Positions 1-10,551 of a stretch of 64,000 nt of DNA are shown piece by piece (within the stretch, counting starts at the first letter, position 1; each line of letters opens with the position of its first letter). This DNA is from Escherichia phage T2: the sequence record NC_054931.1. One strand, given 5' to 3'. The notes below the pieces were generated by a model that was not told the DNA's origin, searched no databases, and was given only the letters and a program-made list of their open reading frames with translations. Made by a program: the position numbers and the translations under genes.

Positions 1-11
1 AATTTTCCTTA

Positions 12-2189
12 TTAGGCCGCAAGGGCCTTCATAGTTTTAGCGATTTGAGAAACTTCATCATCACTTAAAGAGTTGCGATATCCGATGAAGTCGGAAACAA
101 TACGGAATTTCTTGGTAAACTCAGCAACCATTTTATCACTGTTTTTTGAAGCATTATTTGATAATACATCAAAAAGATTAGTTACTGTCCAGATGTCATG
201 ACCAATGGTATCTTTTCCACCATTAAAATATACACCCTGTAATGAACTAACCATATTAGCGAGTCGTGTATATTCTTCAGAAACTTCATCTACACTGAAG
301 TACTTCATCATAAAATCTAGCTCAGGATACTTGATAATTTTATCAATATATCGTTTAGCTGAACTTGAATAACCTACATACTTATCATAATCTACATCAT
401 CAAAAGCATCTACATATAAATCGCGTAGAGTTTCAAAAATACATTGGCACTGACCGAGTTCTTTTACCTTTTTCTGTAAAAGCGGACGAATAACATAAAA
501 TTCATTAATGCCAATAAGATTAGCCATACGAATCAAAATATTCATAGATGGATTACAAAGAGATGTAGTACCATCCATAGAGAAAATATCAGAACGATGC
601 ATATACGCTACATAACCAGTAATTTCATCTGCTTCTGACGTAAGTGTAAATAGTTCCTCTTTTTCCCAGCGCCCGTCTTTAATTTCAAACTTAAATGCTG
701 TAGCAGCTTTAGGACGAGGAGCTTTACTTTTAACTACCTTTGGAATATAGCTTTTAACTAAAGCTTCGATTTCTGACAAATAATGAATGTTAACTTCATC
801 ACTTTCAAACATTGCCATAATATCAGGAAGCAAATCAATCTGCGATTCTACTTCTGGGTTAATAAACAGAAGACGCTCATTGTGATGAATATTCAAAGTG
901 TTATTAAATTCACTATCATCTAACGCACGTGCTAATCCACGGACAATATTAACACGATTTTTAATATTATCAATAACAATATTAATTTTTGTTGTATTAA
1001 TACCAAACAGACGATAACTTGATGCAACGGCTGAAGTTTCATGACTTTGCTTAATGCGCTTCAGTCGAGGGTCAAGATTTACTTCATACACAACTCCTGC
1101 ATTGCATAACTTACTATCAGGTTCAAACATACTCTGCATCTTCTTATATGACAGATTTTTAGTCGTGAATTTGACTGAATTACTAATCATATAATCTCGA
1201 GCAGAATACCCCATCTTCATCAATTCACGATATGTGTGACGAGGAGATGTAGATTCTTTAAATCGTTTTACATCTTCATTAAATGCTTGCTCACTGAGTT
1301 CTTTAACTCGCTCAATAATATTTTTACGAGTACGATCATCAAGTGAAAGAGCCTCGCGAGATGGAGCAATATCAAGTGAACCCATTGGAAACTTAATGTA
1401 ATTCACTTCATTGCGAATGCTTAACCAGTTGCGGTCTCTAATAACACCATCAATAGGATAAACAATACCGCCATAGATAGCATATAATCCACCACGATCA
1501 GGCCAGTATCTTTCTGGATTTACGCCGTAATAATCATCAAAATCCGGAAAATAGTCAATTTCACGGTCAAGACTATTAATGATAGCCAAATCTTTGAACG
1601 GCCGCATGATATAAGAAACTTCATAAGCAAAGTTTCTAAAGTCTTTTTCTTCAACTGGAACTACGATTTCAATGCCAGTTTTATCATCTGGACCCATTTC
1701 TTTTACGAATGTAGGTTTAATCTGTGGGCCATCACCATCCATGTAAGCTACATAACCACGAATTTCACCTTTATGGTATGAAGTAATACTAAACGTATCA
1801 GTATAACTAAACGGAGATTTAGAACCTAAACCAAATCCACCAATGAAATCATTAGATTCAGCTTTAGATGAACTGAAGTATGAATTATACAGCCCAGGAG
1901 AATTATCATCACCCTGAATATCAAAATCACTCATACCCGGACCAAAATCTCGACAAACAAATCGCGGATCTAATCGTCCTGGAACTTGAATGATAAATTT
2001 TTCAGGATTTCCATTGAGAGCATGGGCATCAATCATGTTAGTAATCAATTCACGGACTACTGCGCGAATTTTGTTTGTATACAAATCAGATGACAGAATT
2101 TTAAATACTTTAGGAGATGCTGTGATGCTAAATGCTTTTGATTTAGAACCATTACCAAGAATTGTTTCTTTTTCAGTGGTGATAATCAT
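12..2189 (-). CDS. rIIA: rIIA protein (GHKL/HATPase-like N-terminal domain)
   Basis: 725-aa ORF; N-terminal ATPase-like motif [15 protein letters not shown]; length and position match T-even rIIA. Confidence 0.9.
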   Translation of the reverse strand: MIITTEKETILGNGSKSKAFSITASPKVFKILSSDLYTNKIRAVVRELITNMIDAHALNGNPEKFIIQVPGRLDPRFVCRDFGPGMSDFDIQGDDNSPGLYNSYFSSSKAESNDFIGGFGLGSKSPFSYTDTFSITSYHKGEIRGYVAYMDGDGPQIKPTFVKEMGPDDKTGIEIVVPVEEKDFRNFAYEVSYIMRPFKDLAIINSLDREIDYFPDFDDYYGVNPERYWPDRGGLYAIYGGIVYPIDGVIRDRNWLSIRNEVNYIKFPMGSLDIAPSREALSLDDRTRKNIIERVKELSEQAFNEDVKRFKESTSPRHTYRELMKMGYSARDYMISNSVKFTTKNLSYKKMQSMFEPDSKLCNAGVVYEVNLDPRLKRIKQSHETSAVASSYRLFGINTTKINIVIDNIKNRVNIVRGLARALDDSEFNNTLNIHHNERLLFINPEVESQIDLLPDIMAMFESDEVNIHYLSEIEALVKSYIPKVVKSKAPRPKAATAFKFEIKDGRWEKEELFTLTSEADEITGYVAYMHRSDIFSMDGTTSLCNPSMNILIRMANLIGINEFYVIRPLLQKKVKELGQCQCIFETLRDLYVDAFDDVDYDKYVGYSSSAKRYIDKIIKYPELDFMMKYFSVDEVSEEYTRLANMVSSLQGVYFNGGKDTIGHDIWTVTNLFDVLSNNASKNSDKMVAEFTKKFRIVSDFIGYRNSLSDDEVSQIAKTMKALAA

Positions 2190-2199
2190 AATTTCCTCA

Positions 2200-2403
2200 T
2201 TAATTCATATTACGCTTAATAACTTCAGCAACTTCTAGTAATTCATCTTTAGTTGCGGTGTCGGATTGAATTTTATCTCTAATATCCTTAAAGCGGTTTT
2301 TAAATTCTTCGGCTTCTCCCATATCGAAAAAGCGTTGAATGATTCTATATTCTCGATGAACTGCTTTATCAAAAAGTTCTAAATTTACTCTATATGATTT
2401 CAT
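2200..2403 (-). CDS. hypothetical small protein between rIIA and topoisomerase gene
   Basis: 67-aa ORF, tightly packed upstream of rIIA, preceded by early promoter. Confidence 0.5.
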   Translation of the reverse strand: MKSYRVNLELFDKAVHREYRIIQRFFDMGEAEEFKNRFKDIRDKIQSDTATKDELLEVAEVIKRNMN

Positions 2404-2428
2404 TTCAATATCCTCATTTGCCCAATTA

Positions 2429-2458
2429 ATTATACCACATCCTTGTGGTAAAGTAAAC
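2429..2458 (-). promoter_or_regulatory. T4-type early promoter (-35 GTTTAC, -10 TATAAT) for rIIA.1/rIIA
   Basis: plus strand shows attata (2429-2434), 18-bp spacer, gtaaac (2453-2458). Confidence 0.6.
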
Positions 2459-4278
2459 TACTGGCTCATCCATTCTTTACGAAGGTCAGCATTATCTCCC
2501 ATGAGCATTTCAAAAAGCTCTTTCCAGTTCTCAGGAAGTTTAACAACATCATATACTGGATTTTGAATCATTTCACGATATTCAGATTTTTCCAAAGAGC
2601 CAAGTCCTTTAATATAACGGATGCTATGTTTAGGTAGAGCATCTTTGGCACTCTCATATTCAGCGACTGTATAAAACCATTCTTGTTTTTTACCGACCTG
2701 AGCGATGATTACAGGAGTTTTGACAAAGCGAATTCGTCCTTGCTCAAACAATTCTGGCCAATTACTAAAAAATCCGAGCAGAGAAGGATAAATGCTTCCT
2801 AGACCATCATGGTCAGCATCAGTCATAATAGCAATATTATGATAATTCAAGTTTTCAGCTTTTTCACCAAGAACTAGACCAGTGATTGCGCAAATATCAA
2901 ATAGTTCTTTGTTTTTAAGCATATCGGCATATGACATACCCCAGCTATTAAGAACTTTACCACGCAATGGATAACCACCATGAAGTTCTTTATCACGAAC
3001 ATCAATAAGATATCCGATAGCAGAATCACCCTCAGTCAAGAAAAGAGTAGTATCAGCATCTTTACCACAAAGATTCGCTTTGATATGTTTATGAACCTTA
3101 GCTTTAGAAGCTTTTTTAGCTGCCTTTGTCTCTGCTGCTTTTTCCGCCGCCAATTTACGAGCTAATGCTGCTTCAATAATTGGCATTAAAATTGCTTCAT
3201 TATTTAGAATAGCGCGTGAAATCTTTTTAGCATCAAGTTGAATATGACTACGAATTTCACCAAAAGGAGAAGTAAGTCGTTCTTTAGTTTGAGAGTCAAA
3301 TCGCATGTTTTTCATATCGCGAACAAACATAACGATAGTCAAACATTCTTTAACACGTGCTTTAGTTACATCAATTTTGAATTTACGTTTGATTTGTGGA
3401 ATAAGGTCTTCACAAATATCATCCATAACACAGTCAATATGATGGCCACCATTCTTAGTATGAATGTTATTGACGTACGTCAACTGACGAAAACCATCCG
3501 GTGAACGACCAACCGCAATAGAACAATTTTCTTGTTCTTGAACAATAGCATGTTCATCATACTGTCGTGCATATTTCTTAAAATTGCCCTGAACCTTTTT
3601 ACCATTAAAGGTAAATTGAATATCAGGATAAACTACAGCAAGCGTCTGGAGACGATCAAGTGTAATGTCAAGATAAACTTGGGACAGCTCATTAGTTTCA
3701 AATGACATAAAATCAGGAATGAAAGTAACACGAGTTCCTTTCCATTTTCCAGGAATATCTTCCCATGATTTATTTTCCATGCCATTTGAACAACGAACTA
3801 CAATATTATTTTGACCATCGCCAGTTTCACCGACAAACATCACAGAAAAAATGTTTGTCAAACTAGAACCAACACCATTCATACCACCGGTGACGCGTTC
3901 TTTATCATCACCAAAGTTACCACCTGCTTTTGGAATAGTCCATGCAGCAACTGGACCAGGAATTTCTTCACCAGTAGGTGTTTTAACCATCGCTTGTGGA
4001 ATACCACGACCGTTATCTTCAACTGTTACTTGATTGTTTTTAATAGTAACATTAATTTTATTTGCTAATTTAAACTTAGTACGAATACCTTCATCTACTG
4101 AGTTATCGATAATTTCATCAATAAGCTTAACAAGACCAGGTACATACTGAACACTTTCCCATTTACCAAACAGAAAGCGCTCATGCATTTCATTAGCAGA
4201 AGAGCCAATATACATGCCACTACGCTTTTTGATGTGTTCAATATCGCTCAGAATTTTAATTTCATTCTTAATCATCAC
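2458..4278 (-). CDS. 39: DNA topoisomerase II large subunit (GyrB-like ATPase), gene 39 with gene-60-equivalent C-terminus in one continuous ORF
   Basis: 606-aa ORF; N-terminus KKRSGMYIGSS typical of GyrB family; no interruption. Confidence 0.9.
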   Translation of the reverse strand: MMIKNEIKILSDIEHIKKRSGMYIGSSANEMHERFLFGKWESVQYVPGLVKLIDEIIDNSVDEGIRTKFKLANKINVTIKNNQVTVEDNGRGIPQAMVKTPTGEEIPGPVAAWTIPKAGGNFGDDKERVTGGMNGVGSSLTNIFSVMFVGETGDGQNNIVVRCSNGMENKSWEDIPGKWKGTRVTFIPDFMSFETNELSQVYLDITLDRLQTLAVVYPDIQFTFNGKKVQGNFKKYARQYDEHAIVQEQENCSIAVGRSPDGFRQLTYVNNIHTKNGGHHIDCVMDDICEDLIPQIKRKFKIDVTKARVKECLTIVMFVRDMKNMRFDSQTKERLTSPFGEIRSHIQLDAKKISRAILNNEAILMPIIEAALARKLAAEKAAETKAAKKASKAKVHKHIKANLCGKDADTTLFLTEGDSAIGYLIDVRDKELHGGYPLRGKVLNSWGMSYADMLKNKELFDICAITGLVLGEKAENLNYHNIAIMTDADHDGLGSIYPSLLGFFSNWPELFEQGRIRFVKTPVIIAQVGKKQEWFYTVAEYESAKDALPKHSIRYIKGLGSLEKSEYREMIQNPVYDVVKLPENWKELFEMLMGDNADLRKEWMSQ

Positions 4279-4327
4279 TTATCCTCGTTTGGTTTCGGGA
4301 ATATTATACTCCAATAATCATAAAGCT

Positions 4328-4345
4328 AAAGGCCCGAAGGCCTTT
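4328..4345 (-). terminator. C(UUCG)G-type stable hairpin (terminator or RNA-stability element) upstream of gene 39
   Basis: aaaggcc-cgaa-ggccttt inverted repeat; loop reads UUCG on minus transcript. Confidence 0.45.
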
Positions 4346-4614
4346 TATTTAAAACGGATAGTCGAATCTTTGAAGAATAAACCAGAACATACTGTTCCTT
4401 CTACTTTCTGCCCGGTAGGTCCAATAGCACGAAATCCAGTATGCTGGAAATCATTTTCAGAGCAACCAAACCAATTATATCCAGTGATTTCAATATTAGT
4501 AAAACCACTTGAAGACAAAACTTTTGTTGCATTATCAGCATCAGTACATCCTACTAAAGACACTGCTAATACTAATGCTGCGATAGAACGATTAATATAT
4601 TTCATAATTTTCAC
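4345..4614 (-). CDS. putative lipoprotein
   Basis: 89-aa ORF with signal peptide and lipobox-like LVGC. Confidence 0.45.
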   Translation of the reverse strand: MKIMKYINRSIAALVLAVSLVGCTDADNATKVLSSSGFTNIEITGYNWFGCSENDFQHTGFRAIGPTGQKVEGTVCSGLFFKDSTIRFK

Positions 4615-4662
4615 TTAAATTTAATGGCTTGAAGAAGACTAATAATTCTCAAGCGACTTCTT

Positions 4663-4980
4663 TCATCTAACTGTAAAAGAAAGAGGGTCACCAGATTTCA
4701 TAGTAATAGTACATTCAAAATCAAAATCTTCGGAAACTTCTTTGAAGAAGTCAAATTCTTCATCATAAATTAGAACATTACTCTGACAACTATGAAGAAT
4801 TTTTCCATCATTTCCAGATGCTGTACTAATCATTGTAACATTATGACCTTTCATATCTTCAACGATAAATTCACTAGTCAATATTACAGCATTAATAGAA
4901 CTATTCCTATTACTAGCAGAAAGTAGATATTTCTGTTCTTCACCTTCACGAATGCAATATTTCTTACCGATTTTAAACAT
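4663..4980 (-). CDS. hypothetical protein
   Basis: 105-aa ORF in minus-strand gene train. Confidence 0.4.
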   Translation of the reverse strand: MFKIGKKYCIREGEEQKYLLSASNRNSSINAVILTSEFIVEDMKGHNVTMISTASGNDGKILHSCQSNVLIYDEEFDFFKEVSEDFDFECTITMKSGDPLSFTVR

Positions 4981-4982
4981 AA

Positions 4983-5159
4983 TTACCCTTTAAGTAAGTC
5001 GTAAAAACCACCATTCACATGCTTAGGAGCAGAAGGCCGACGAGTAGACAAACGATGACATTTAGGGCAAACATCATTTTCTCGTTCAGAAATCTTTTTA
5101 ATTTTTTCATATTCATGCCCGCAATCTTCGGATTGGCATTTATAATCATACATTGGCAT
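4983..5159 (-). CDS. small zinc-ribbon protein (58 aa, CxxC...CxxC), below ORF-track cutoff
   Basis: manual translation MPMYDYKCQSEDCGHEYEKIKKISERENDVCPKCHRL...; SD aagga before ATG at 5159. Confidence 0.45.
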   Translation of the reverse strand: MPMYDYKCQSEDCGHEYEKIKKISERENDVCPKCHRLSTRRPSAPKHVNGGFYDLLKG

Positions 5160-5161
5160 AA

Positions 5162-5587
5162 TTATTCCTTAAAGTGTGCTTTCAGCATTTGATACAAGGA
5201 CCATGCCTGTTCATTATTTTCAATAGTAACTTTCATTACTGGGAATTCTGTGAAATCTTCTATTTGTTCTTGCTCTTTCTCTTCCTGCTCTTGCTCTTCA
5301 ACTGCCTGATATGGATTTTCCACTTCATCAAAGAACCCAGCTTCGTTAGTAGAAAGCCAGATAAAGTTTTCGTCAAGGATATCACCGTGTGTTGCATATC
5401 CAACTGTGCCAGTAGATGTCACAATTTTAGTAGGACGCCAAAGATAATCAACATCTAAAATTTTAAAAGGATGCATACCTAAACGGCGTGCATAGATTCC
5501 GTTATCAGTATGGTCTTTAATAAAATTTTCTTGAGCTTGTTTATTTTTAAATTGATACCATTTATTAACTTCAAATTTAATAGCCAT
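5162..5587 (-). CDS. hypothetical acidic protein (141 aa; matches goF position and length in T4 order)
   Basis: ORF; Glu-rich segment [12 protein letters not shown]; assignment by position only. Confidence 0.35.
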   Translation of the reverse strand: MAIKFEVNKWYQFKNKQAQENFIKDHTDNGIYARRLGMHPFKILDVDYLWRPTKIVTSTGTVGYATHGDILDENFIWLSTNEAGFFDEVENPYQAVEEQEQEEKEQEQIEDFTEFPVMKVTIENNEQAWSLYQMLKAHFKE

Positions 5588-5802
5588 TAATAAATTTCCT
5601 TCCAGTAAGTTGTGCCATCTTCAGTAATTTCACGAAATACACCGTAAATTGGTTGTTTATCACCGACTTTCTCATACACATAAACCGAAGTCAAGTGAGT
5701 AAACTTGATGGTGTGTTCCTTTTGAACTACTACCAAATCTGGATCGAATAATACATCTTCAAATTCATCATTAGTGCAGTTCTGAACAATTTTACGTTTC
5801 AT
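5587..5802 (-). CDS. hypothetical protein (71 aa; cef-like position)
   Basis: ORF with ATGA overlap to downstream gene. Confidence 0.35.
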   Translation of the reverse strand: MKRKIVQNCTNDEFEDVLFDPDLVVVQKEHTIKFTHLTSVYVYEKVGDKQPIYGVFREITEDGTTYWKEIY

Positions 5803-5815
5803 TATAATTTCCTCA

Positions 5816-6085
5816 TTAATTGAACAGTGGAGCGATACGTTTCAGAAGAGTAGCAGCACCTTTAGCGAATTTTACATCATGAAAAACAGTTTCTTCTTCT
5901 GTAACAATTCGAACTTTAATATTTTCACAATCCCAATTTTTGCGAACAATCTTCAAAAGCTGCAGTAAATCTTTACATTCAGCAATATCGATAACACATC
6001 CACGAGAATCTTCCATTATCGCACGATAACCATAAGCCATACCATAATCGTTGAAAGATTGCTCGATGATAATTAAGTTTTCCAT
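5816..6085 (-). CDS. hypothetical protein
   Basis: ORF; likely ATG at 6085 with SD ggag inside a conserved leader shared with the gene at 51677. Confidence 0.4.
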   Translation of the reverse strand: MENLIIIEQSFNDYGMAYGYRAIMEDSRGCVIDIAECKDLLQLLKIVRKNWDCENIKVRIVTEEETVFHDVKFAKGAATLLKRIAPLFN

Positions 6086-6183
6086 TTTATTCTCCAAGTT
6101 GTTTTCTGTATCAGTAGTTGATATTGATATAGTACCATAATCAACTACTGATGTATATAGTTTTATGAAAAAATTTTTAAACT

Positions 6184-6675
6184 TTATGCATAGCGAGCTT
6201 TGCTATAGTGTTTAATCCAGCTTTCAGGAATGACTTTGTATGTTCCTAAAAATACCGCGTTATATAACTTAACGCCATCTTCTACCCATTGATCAGTAAT
6301 GTATGCACACATAGCGCGAGTACGGTTAACAACCCCTTCCTCACCTTCAGTAAATTCAAACTCATAAGGAGCAACGAACTTAATGGCCTGACCGAGTTTC
6401 CACTTAAAGTCTACACCTACATGCGAAGTATCAATCGTTTCAATTCCTTTAGCGGGAACAGCTTTCAAAAACGCAGGCTCAAGAAATTTCCATCGAACAT
6501 AACCAAACTGAGGTTTAGACATTCCATCTTTAGGAATGATACGCACTTTTACTTCAGAATCTTCATCTTTAACACCATGTTTAAGCTGAATGCTTACAAC
6601 TTCAACCAATTTTCCTGCTGCTTTAGAACGGGATTTATCAGATACACGAGCAATTTCACCGATATTAATATTCAT
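6184..6675 (-). CDS. motB: MotB-like protein (by length and position)
   Basis: 163-aa ORF immediately before dexA in transcription order. Confidence 0.4.
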   Translation of the reverse strand: MNINIGEIARVSDKSRSKAAGKLVEVVSIQLKHGVKDEDSEVKVRIIPKDGMSKPQFGYVRWKFLEPAFLKAVPAKGIETIDTSHVGVDFKWKLGQAIKFVAPYEFEFTEGEEGVVNRTRAMCAYITDQWVEDGVKLYNAVFLGTYKVIPESWIKHYSKARYA

Positions 6676-6821
6676 AATTATCTCTCACTTGTTAAAAAGA
6701 TTTTATACTCCGCGGGACCATTATACTCTGGTCCCAAGAGTTTGTAAACTTAATTTAATTCACTAAACGATGAATTCAACACGATAAATTTTCATTTTAT
6801 TATCCTCAGTAGCTATGGTGT

Positions 6822-6852
6822 TATAATACCACAACTAACCGAGGAAGTAAAC
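6822..6852 (-). promoter_or_regulatory. T4-type early promoter
   Basis: gtaaac at 6847-6852 with -10-like ttataata 18 bp away. Confidence 0.5.
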
Positions 6853-6858
6853 AACTTT

Positions 6859-7542
6859 TTATCGTTTTGTTGGAAGAGATAGAGGATCGCATTCTTCCTC
6901 TGATGGAGCATCTTCAAGACCCATAGCATATCGCAAAGCATACTTCATCATCAGGATGTCTTTCGCACAGTCATGAATAGAATCATGCGCAACGAATCCA
7001 TCTAAAGTTCCTTTTGGAAGAGGACACGTGGTCATATCACGAACAAGCAGAAGTGCTTCAATTCTGGTACGAATATCACGCTGATTCCAGAATTTACATG
7101 GTTCTAACTTAAATGTGTCAAGCTCATTCTCAGATACACCATTAAGGCGTTGAATATCACGAATGAGATCGACTAAAATTGGAAAATCAAATGACATTCC
7201 ACGACACCAGCCTTGAGATTTCCAAGGATCGATATTATGTGCATTGATGTAATCATTAAATTTTGCAATACCATCGATAGTGCTTACATCTTCATCTGAT
7301 GGTGCAATATTTTTTCGAGCTTCAGGAGATTGATTTTTCCACCATTCGATAGTGCTTTTAGTAAAAAGACGATGTCCTTTTTGGCTTTTTAAATCAAATT
7401 TGATTTTAATGCCACGTGAAACTAATTCATCGAATGTTTCAACGACTTCTGGATTAGGGTCAAAAGCAATTACAGCCAAATCAATAACAGCTGCTTTTTC
7501 ACCACTTCCCATTGTTTCAAAATCTATAATAAAATCAAACAT
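6859..7542 (-). CDS. dexA: exonuclease A (DEDDh 3'-5' exonuclease)
   Basis: 227-aa ORF; N-terminal FDFIIDFETMG exonuclease motif; length equals T4 DexA. Confidence 0.85.
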   Translation of the reverse strand: MFDFIIDFETMGSGEKAAVIDLAVIAFDPNPEVVETFDELVSRGIKIKFDLKSQKGHRLFTKSTIEWWKNQSPEARKNIAPSDEDVSTIDGIAKFNDYINAHNIDPWKSQGWCRGMSFDFPILVDLIRDIQRLNGVSENELDTFKLEPCKFWNQRDIRTRIEALLLVRDMTTCPLPKGTLDGFVAHDSIHDCAKDILMMKYALRYAMGLEDAPSEEECDPLSLPTKR

Positions 7543-7799
7543 TAAACTTTCCTCGCTAAATCGCGAATTTGACCTACAGTATAGTCTTGAATATAAACTT
7601 TATTAATAGGCTCATCAATAAATTTTGCCATAGATTCAATATCTTTTTGTATTTCTTCAAGACTGTATACTATCTTTAAAGCTTTTTCGCGAATAGTAAT
7701 ATTTTCAGGACCCTGATTTTCTTCAATGACAGCTTTAACATTTGTCATAAGAGATTTAAACTGGCACCAACTTAATTCAATCATTAATAATCGCCTCAT
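7542..7799 (-). CDS. hypothetical protein
   Basis: 85-aa ORF. Confidence 0.35.
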   Translation of the reverse strand: MRRLLMIELSWCQFKSLMTNVKAVIEENQGPENITIREKALKIVYSLEEIQKDIESMAKFIDEPINKVYIQDYTVGQIRDLARKV

Positions 7800-8037
7800 A
7801 AAGATAGCTAATTTCGCCTAAAACATAATCATTAATTGTAACAGTTTTCACTTCGCCACAAAAGAATTCTAACGCAATTAAATCTCGTTCAATTTCTTCT
7901 AATTGAAGCATCAACTTACTAGATTCAATTTTTACAGTTTCACGATTTTTACCATGAGCAATTTCATAAATTTCGCTTACTTTATCTTGAAGAAGATAAA
8001 ACTGATCTTTAGTTATTTCCACGAATAGCTTCCTCAA
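7777..8037 (-). CDS. hypothetical protein
   Basis: 86-aa ORF. Confidence 0.35.
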   Translation of the reverse strand: MRKLFVEITKDQFYLLQDKVSEIYEIAHGKNRETVKIESSKLMLQLEEIERDLIALEFFCGEVKTVTINDYVLGEISYLYEAIIND

Positions 8038-8043
8038 ATTTAA

Positions 8044-9363
8044 TCATACATAAAATACATCATAACGACCACGGGTAACACCAACATAAAGAAGTTGTTG
8101 AGCCAATTCAGCATCTGCATAATGAATACAAGGTGTATAAATGAAAGCACGGTCTACAGACATACCTTGCGCTTTATGGAATGTTGATGCAGGAAGTGCT
8201 TTCACTTTACTGAACTGTGATTTAGCATCCCAAAAATCACTCCATGGAGCTTTTCCACCTTTGTTCCAATTTTTATAAGTTTCTGCTGTTTTACCTAAAA
8301 ATAGGTTAAACTTATATAGTTCTTCATCAGATGAAATTATTTTAATCTTTTCACGATAATATTCATCATCGCCGTAAGTTTCTACTGTTAAATCCCAATG
8401 ACGAATTAAGTATTCTCCAGGAACACCACGAGCTTTAACAAACGTTGATGTATACTCTGCTTCTATAATACGAACTAATTGTCCGTTATTAAAAATAATT
8501 TCTGACACAGGCTTTCCATCAATTTTATATGTTTTAATTAATGGTTCCTGCATTACAATAATTTCACCAACAATAAAATCTTTATCAGTTTCAAAAATCT
8601 TTTTACGAATAATGCTATTTAACTTATCAACAGATTTATTCGTAAATGCCATTACGCGATTTTCAAACAAATCATCTAAAGATTTGACGATTGAAAAATA
8701 ATTTACCATAAAATCGCGTAAAGCGGTATCACCAGTAAATCCACGTACTCCATGCCCGTCAACAACTTTATCATAAATCCACTTACCGTTACGAACGTCA
8801 GTAGCTACATCAATAATAGGAGCATTACTGCGTTTAACTTCAGTGAGTTCACACTGATAAAAATCTTTGTGTGTAAAGAATGGACTGATATAAGCAGTAT
8901 TTTCTCCTGGGTCAACAGGTCTAATTTGCTTATTATCGCCTATTCCAATTATAGTACACCACGGCGGGATAGTTGAAAGCAGAATTTTAAATAGCTTTCT
9001 ATCATACATTGACACTTCATCGCAGATTAATACCCTGCATTTAGCTAAATCTGGTACTTCTTTTTGTTCAAAAAGAACGTTTTCTTCGTATGTTACTGGG
9101 TTAATTTTAAGAATACTATGAATAGTACTCGCTTCTTTCCATGATAGTTTTGAAAGAATCTTTTTAGCTGCATGAGTAGGAGCTGCTAAAATAATACCAG
9201 TTTCACCCGTAGATATTAAAGCTTCAATGATGAACTTAGTAAGAGTAGTCTTACCGGTACCAGCAGGTCCATTAATAGTTACATGATGTTTCTTTTCTTT
9301 AATAGCCTTCATAACAATGTTAAAGGCATTTTTTTGACCTTCGGTCAAATCATCAAATGTCAT
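8044..9363 (-). CDS. dda: Dda DNA helicase (SF1)
   Basis: 439-aa ORF; Walker A GPAGTGKTT; length equals T4 Dda. Confidence 0.9.
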   Translation of the reverse strand: MTFDDLTEGQKNAFNIVMKAIKEKKHHVTINGPAGTGKTTLTKFIIEALISTGETGIILAAPTHAAKKILSKLSWKEASTIHSILKINPVTYEENVLFEQKEVPDLAKCRVLICDEVSMYDRKLFKILLSTIPPWCTIIGIGDNKQIRPVDPGENTAYISPFFTHKDFYQCELTEVKRSNAPIIDVATDVRNGKWIYDKVVDGHGVRGFTGDTALRDFMVNYFSIVKSLDDLFENRVMAFTNKSVDKLNSIIRKKIFETDKDFIVGEIIVMQEPLIKTYKIDGKPVSEIIFNNGQLVRIIEAEYTSTFVKARGVPGEYLIRHWDLTVETYGDDEYYREKIKIISSDEELYKFNLFLGKTAETYKNWNKGGKAPWSDFWDAKSQFSKVKALPASTFHKAQGMSVDRAFIYTPCIHYADAELAQQLLYVGVTRGRYDVFYV

Positions 9364-9671
9364 CGTAAATTCCCTGCAATTGGTATACTAACAATACGCC
9401 CAGTATCTAAAATTCGCCGATATAATCTTTGTGTGTCTACATCAGGCTTAACATGTTTAACTTCTATTTTATTAAACCAAAACTTGCGTGGAGTCTCAAC
9501 TAATCTTGGAATTCCCTTACCTAAAGCTAGTTGATACTGCTCTTTAAGAGTGGTAAATACTTTATCAGCAATCTTCCATTCAAAAAATACAGCAGGACGA
9601 TGTTCATCAAGCGGAACTGGCGCCGTAAATCCGTCTTTGTCTCGGTAAACTATCGCATATACATAAACCAT
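9360..9671 (-). CDS. hypothetical protein
   Basis: 103-aa ORF overlapping dda start. Confidence 0.35.
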   Translation of the reverse strand: MVYVYAIVYRDKDGFTAPVPLDEHRPAVFFEWKIADKVFTTLKEQYQLALGKGIPRLVETPRKFWFNKIEVKHVKPDVDTQRLYRRILDTGRIVSIPIAGNLR

Positions 9672-9672
9672 A

Positions 9673-10428
9673 TTATCCTCGGATAAGTTTAAAAATTGAA
9701 CAATTTAGCGGATATCCTCTTTTCAGTTTAAGTTTATCAATAAAAGACAAGTTTTGATACCGCTCTACACCTTGAATAATTTTATCACACATATCATATT
9801 GCATTTCTGCTTCTGACAACTTTTTCACAGTTTTCCAATCCGAGCCTTTAAGAAGAACGTTCAATTTAACAACTTCAGCGCCTTCTGCTATACGAGAACC
9901 ATCAATACGAGCTTTAAGTGCTATAATTCTTAGCTTAATGTCAGAGGTCTGTTTTGATTTAGAAAGCTGAGAAATGTGTTCAATTCGGTTTTCACGTTTT
10001 TTCTGTATAGCTTTAATTTGATTATAAGTCTTTTTGATTTTAGCCCATTTCTTTTCATCTAAATTTAGTTTATGAACTTTTTTCGCAGATGAACGACCAA
10101 TTCGCAAAGCAAACAAATCACGTTTTTCAATTAACTCCTCTAAAGTATAATCAGAACGAAATGTATTATACTTTTTCTTTACTGCAATAACATTCCCTTT
10201 AATGTATCCAACGTTATTATCAAAACGTTCTAATGATAATTTCTCTCCTTCAATACGATTATCAAAAGGTTCTCCCGAGTAAGCGCAAACTTTTTGGTCT
10301 AAAATGTTCTTAATGTAATTGAAGTCTAAGTTAAAATCTTTAGAACGTCTTTTAGCAGATGCCTGAGTATGCTCTAAACGACGTTTAATTTTACGAATTT
10401 GATTATTAGACATATTATGCAGCTTCAT
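9673..10428 (-). CDS. Srd-like protein (candidate by position and size)
   Basis: 251-aa basic ORF between dda.1 and modA; partial HNH-like segment ERFDNNVGYIKGNV. Confidence 0.35.
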   Translation of the reverse strand: MKLHNMSNNQIRKIKRRLEHTQASAKRRSKDFNLDFNYIKNILDQKVCAYSGEPFDNRIEGEKLSLERFDNNVGYIKGNVIAVKKKYNTFRSDYTLEELIEKRDLFALRIGRSSAKKVHKLNLDEKKWAKIKKTYNQIKAIQKKRENRIEHISQLSKSKQTSDIKLRIIALKARIDGSRIAEGAEVVKLNVLLKGSDWKTVKKLSEAEMQYDMCDKIIQGVERYQNLSFIDKLKLKRGYPLNCSIFKLIRG

Positions 10429-10464
10429 ATTTTTCTCACATCTTACGGACGGTTAACTACTTAT

Positions 10465-10494
10465 ACTATAACATTTTTACTTTAACTTGTAAAC
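10465..10494 (-). promoter_or_regulatory. T4-type early promoter upstream of Srd-like gene
   Basis: gtaaac 10489-10494, 18-bp spacer, -10 TATAGT. Confidence 0.45.
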
Positions 10495-10506
10495 AACTTT
10501 ATGTAA

Positions 10507-10534
10507 AAATGCTTTAAAACTTTCGTGGTATAAT
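10507..10534 (+). promoter_or_regulatory. candidate MotA-dependent middle promoter on plus strand (antisense to modA)
   Basis: aaaTGCTTTA (10510-10516), 12-bp spacer, TATAAT (10529-10534) with TGg upstream. Confidence 0.3.
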
Positions 10535-10551
10535 GAATCTAAGTCCTTCCA

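Noticed and set aside
1990-2238. Plus-strand ORFs overlapping minus-strand genes (e.g. 1990-2238, 2980-3165, 4214-4618, 29836-30252, 61062-61445)
   Set aside because: They lie antisense inside well-supported minus-strand genes, lack SD sequences, and have low-complexity AT-driven composition; treated as shadow ORFs
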